This document shows, one piece after another, positions 29,219-32,000 of a stretch of 32,000 bases of DNA. This DNA is from Zymomonas mobilis subsp. mobilis ATCC 10988. Lineage in GTDB: Bacteria; Pseudomonadota; Alphaproteobacteria; Sphingomonadales; Sphingomonadaceae. Location: positions 750,001 to 782,000 of the forward strand of contig NC_017262.1 of assembly GCF_000175255.2 (NCBI RefSeq), given 5' to 3'. Position numbers and translations under genes: made by a program. How positions within the stretch are numbered: the stretch's first letter is position 1; each line of letters starts with the position of its first letter. The notes under the pieces were generated by a model, which was not told where the DNA came from, ran no database searches, and saw only the letters and a list, made by a program, of their open reading frames with translations.

Positions 29219-29384
29219 CAGGTCGCAGGTCGCAGGTCGCAGGTCGCAGGTCGCAGGTCGCAGGTCGCAGGTCGCAGGTCGCAGGTCGCAGGTCGCAGGT
29301 CGCAGGTCGCAGGTCGCAGGTCGCAGGTCGCAGGTCGCAGGTCGCAGGTCGCAGGTCGCAGGTCGCAGGTCGCAGGTCGCAGGT
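29219..29384. repeat. Heptanucleotide tandem repeat, unit AGGTCGC (reverse complement GCGACCT), about 23.7 copies, no visible unit variants
   Basis: Read directly: strict 7-nt periodicity across 166 nt between ...CCCAAA and TTAATTTT. Confidence 0.98.
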
Positions 29385-29399
29385 TAATTTTTTAAAAAG

Positions 29400-29424
29400 A
29401 AGAGGCAAGCCTAAAAAGCCTCTT
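29400..29424. terminator. Short stem-loop AAGAGGC ... GCCTCTT beside the heptamer array; possible terminator
   Basis: 7-bp perfect inverted repeat, 11-nt loop, T-rich after the stem on the plus strand and CTTTTT on the minus strand. Confidence 0.55.
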
Positions 29425-29439
29425 TTATCTAAAAAAGAC

Positions 29440-29470
29440 AAAAAAAGGGCGACTTAAAAAAGCCGCCCCC
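29440..29470 (-). terminator. Intrinsic terminator after pgk
   Basis: Minus strand: GGGGGCGGC-TTTTTTA-AGTCGCCC followed by TTTTTTTG immediately after the pgk stop. Confidence 0.85.
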
Positions 29471-29483
29471 TTCTTCTGGAAAA

Positions 29484-30677
29484 TTAAGCTTCGAGGGCTT
29501 TAACACCCGGCAGCTCTTTACCTTCCATCCATTCAAGGAAAGCACCACCAGCCGTTGAGACAAAGCTAAAGTCTTTTGCCACACCAGCATGGTTAAGAGC
29601 GGCAACCGTGTCACCACCACCAGCAACAGAGATCAAAGAACCGGCTTTGGTCAAAGCAGCGGCTTCCTTAGCGAGAGCAACCGTGGCTTTATCGAAAGGT
29701 TCAATTTCGAAAGCGCCCAACGGGCCATTCCAGACCAAGGTCTTGGAAGCTTTCAGAACTTCGGTCAAAGCAGCGACGGCTTTCGGGCCAACGTCAAGGA
29801 TCATTTCGTCAGCAGCAACGTCGCTGACCGGAATGGTACGGATCGGCGGATTGGCTTTGAATTCCTTGGCGACAACGACATCGCTCGGAAGATGGATTTT
29901 GCAGCCCGTTTTTTCAGCAGCAGCGAAAATACCTTTAACGGTATCTTTCAGCTCATGCTCACAAAGCGATTTACCAACATCAACACCCTGAGCAGCGAGG
30001 AAGGTATTAGCCATACCACCACCGATGATCAGATGGTCAACCTTGGAAACAAGGTTGGTCAGAACGTCGAGCTTGGTAGAAACTTTAGCACCACCGACAA
30101 CGGCTGCGACCGGATGGGTCGGCTTACCAAGGGCAGCTTCAAGAGCTTCTAATTCTTTCTGCATGGCACGACCAGCGAAAGCAGGCAGCTTGTGAGCCAG
30201 ACCTTCGGTCGAAACATGGGCGCGGTGAGCAGCCGAGAAAGCATCATTGACATAGAAATCGCCGAGCTTAGCTACTTCTGCTGCCAGAGCCGGATCATTC
30301 TTTTCTTCACCAGCATAGAAGCGGGTGTTTTCAAGAAGAGCAACGGCACCAGGATTCAGGGCATCAACGGCTTTTGCTGCAGCTTCACCTTTGATGTCAT
30401 TGATGAAGTGAACCGGACGACCCAGAACGCCAGCCAGCGCATCTTTGATGCGAGCCAAGGACATTTCAGGATTCGGCTGACCTTTTGGACGACCGAAGTG
30501 AGCCAGAATAAGGACTTTGGCGCCCTTTTCAGCCAATTCATTAACGGTCGGGATTGCAGCGCGCAGACGAGTATCATCCGTAACGCGATCGCCATCCATA
30601 GGAACGTTCAGATCTTCGCGAACAAGAACGCGCTTACCTTTGACGTCACCAATATCATCTAATGTACGAAAAGCCAT
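29484..30677 (-). CDS. pgk: Phosphoglycerate kinase
   Basis: '[25 protein letters not shown]', '[11 protein letters not shown]', '[16 protein letters not shown]', '[12 protein letters not shown]', '[21 protein letters not shown]'. Confidence 0.97.
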   Translation of the reverse strand: MAFRTLDDIGDVKGKRVLVREDLNVPMDGDRVTDDTRLRAAIPTVNELAEKGAKVLILAHFGRPKGQPNPEMSLARIKDALAGVLGRPVHFINDIKGEAAAKAVDALNPGAVALLENTRFYAGEEKNDPALAAEVAKLGDFYVNDAFSAAHRAHVSTEGLAHKLPAFAGRAMQKELEALEAALGKPTHPVAAVVGGAKVSTKLDVLTNLVSKVDHLIIGGGMANTFLAAQGVDVGKSLCEHELKDTVKGIFAAAEKTGCKIHLPSDVVVAKEFKANPPIRTIPVSDVAADEMILDVGPKAVAALTEVLKASKTLVWNGPLGAFEIEPFDKATVALAKEAAALTKAGSLISVAGGGDTVAALNHAGVAKDFSFVSTAGGAFLEWMEGKELPGVKALEA

Positions 30678-30837
30678 TATATCCTCCTTTTGGCCGCCTT
30701 ATATCATAAAGCGGATCTGATAACGGAGACAGCCTCCTTACGAGACCCAGCTATAACGGATATATCCCATAACGGGCCTGTATCAGGAGGTTAATGCTGC
30801 AATCAGCTTAATAACTAACTGCAGTAATTAAGAGGCA

Positions 30838-30870
30838 TCCCGCCCCTTGCCACAAGGACAAAAAGCGGGA
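30838..30870 (-). promoter_or_regulatory. Compound stem-loop in the gap-pgk intergenic region
   Basis: Outer arms TCCCGC (30838-30843)/GCGGGA (30865-30870) and inner arms CCTTG (30845-30849)/CAAGG (30853-30857). Confidence 0.6.
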
Positions 30871-30899
30871 CAACCCTTTTACCGATAAGATCGCAAAAA

Positions 30900-31913
30900 C
30901 TAGAGCGTTTTAGCCATCTGAGCAGCGGTATCGACCATACGATTGGAGAAGCCCCATTCGTTGTCATACCATGCAACAACGCGAGCCAGCTTACCTTCGA
31001 GAACAGCCGTTTCACGGCTATCAACGGTGGAGCTGTGCGGATCGGAGTAGAAGTCACGGGAAACGAGGGGTTCGTCGGTGTAACCGAGAACGCCAGTCAT
31101 ATCACCGGTGTCAGCAGCGGCTTTAAGAACGCTGTTGATTTCTTCTGCGGTCGTGTCACGCTGCGGAACGAAGGTGAAGTCAACAAGGCTGACATCCGGG
31201 GTCGGGACGCGGATGGAGATACCATCCAGCTTACCTTTGAGTTCCGGGATCACGAGAGCAACAGCGCGGGCAGCACCGGTGCTGGTCGGGATCATGGAAG
31301 CGCTGGCCGTGCGGGCACGACGCAGATCAGAATGGATCTGATCGAGGATGCGCTGATCGTTGGTGAAGCTGTGAACGGTGGTCATCAAACCACGAACGAT
31401 ACCGATTTTCTGCTGAAGAACATGCAGAACCGGAGCCAAGCAGTTGGTGGTGCAAGATGCGTTGGAAACGATCTTGTCATCTGCGGTCAGGTCTTTGTGG
31501 TTCACACCATAAACAACGGTGCGATCAACATCGCCTTTAGCCGGAGCAGAAATCAGAACCTTCTTGGCACCTGCGGTCAGATGAGCAGAAGCTTTTTCGG
31601 TGTTGGTGAAGATACCCGTGCATTCCATCACGATATCAACGCCAAGCTTTTTGTGCGGCAGATTGGCCGGATCACGTTCAGCGGTGACAACAATTTTCTT
31701 GCCATCGATGACCATGTCGTTACCTTCGGTGGTAACGGTACCCGGATAGGTGCCATGTGCACTGTCACGCTTGAACAAGAAAGCGTTGCCTTCAACGCTA
31801 CCCAGGTCATTGATGGTAACCAGTTCAAGTCCAGAATCCGGACGCGACAGAATTGCACGCGCAGCCAGACGGCCGATACGGCCGAAGCCATTAATCGCAA
31901 CTTTAACCGCCAT
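30900..31913 (-). CDS. gap: Glyceraldehyde-3-phosphate dehydrogenase, type I
   Basis: 'VAINGFGRIGRLAARAIL', 'SNASCTTNCLAPV', 'RVPTPDVSLVDFTF', 'WYDNEWGFSNRMVD'; RBS TTAGGAG before ATG. Confidence 0.98.
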   Translation of the reverse strand: MAVKVAINGFGRIGRLAARAILSRPDSGLELVTINDLGSVEGNAFLFKRDSAHGTYPGTVTTEGNDMVIDGKKIVVTAERDPANLPHKKLGVDIVMECTGIFTNTEKASAHLTAGAKKVLISAPAKGDVDRTVVYGVNHKDLTADDKIVSNASCTTNCLAPVLHVLQQKIGIVRGLMTTVHSFTNDQRILDQIHSDLRRARTASASMIPTSTGAARAVALVIPELKGKLDGISIRVPTPDVSLVDFTFVPQRDTTAEEINSVLKAAADTGDMTGVLGYTDEPLVSRDFYSDPHSSTVDSRETAVLEGKLARVVAWYDNEWGFSNRMVDTAAQMAKTL

Positions 31914-31962
31914 GTTTATTCTCCTAACTTATTAAGTAGCTATTATATTCCATAGCTATTTT

Positions 31963-32000
31963 TTAACGTGCCGACTTACCGGCGATCGCGGCCAACACCT
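31963..32000 (-). CDS. Possible 3' end of an upstream gene, perhaps transketolase (only about 12 codons visible)
   Basis: Minus-strand frame reads ...VLAAIAGKSAR then TAA. Identity inferred from position next to gap-pgk; the sequence alone is too short. Confidence 0.35.
   Translation of the reverse strand, partial: VLAAIAGKSAR

Noticed and set aside
29219-29384. Heptamer array as a CRISPR
   Set aside because: The 7-nt units are directly adjacent with no spacers.
31035-31955. 306-aa plus-strand ORF overlapping gap
   Set aside because: Antisense to gap, whose conserved motifs are intact; the ORF has no recognisable domain and is a codon-bias by-product.

Overview
This window looks like chromosomal housekeeping sequence from an alphaproteobacterium. 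Gene content, a class I FBP aldolase beside gap and pgk, and AT-rich spacers suggest Zymomonas mobilis; that is an inference, not a database match. Gene order: 3' end of trpG, trpD, lexA (with a GTTC-N7-GTTC SOS box), prfB, a class A penicillin-binding protein, an N-acetylmuramoyl-L-alanine amidase, RNase E/G (rne), an M48 metalloprotease with TPR-like region, a DsbA-like oxidoreductase, an RpiR-family regulator, L-serine ammonia-lyase, a TonB-dependent siderophore-type receptor, tRNA-Glu(CTC), class II DAHP synthase, cysS, a small lipoprotein, ettA, ahcY, ispG, a minus-strand gap / pgk / class I aldolase cluster, and possibly the 3' end of tkt. I see no CRISPR array, transposase, prophage, toxin-antitoxin pair or obvious defence system. 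The clearest unexplained element is a near-perfect heptamer tandem array (AGGTCGC, about 23.7 copies, 29219-29384) between pgk and the aldolase gene. Secondary points are a His-rich segment in the TonB receptor with clustered dyads upstream of it, long inverted repeats around the lexA promoter, a compound hairpin between gap and pgk, and several hairpins overlapping gene ends or ribosome-binding sites.
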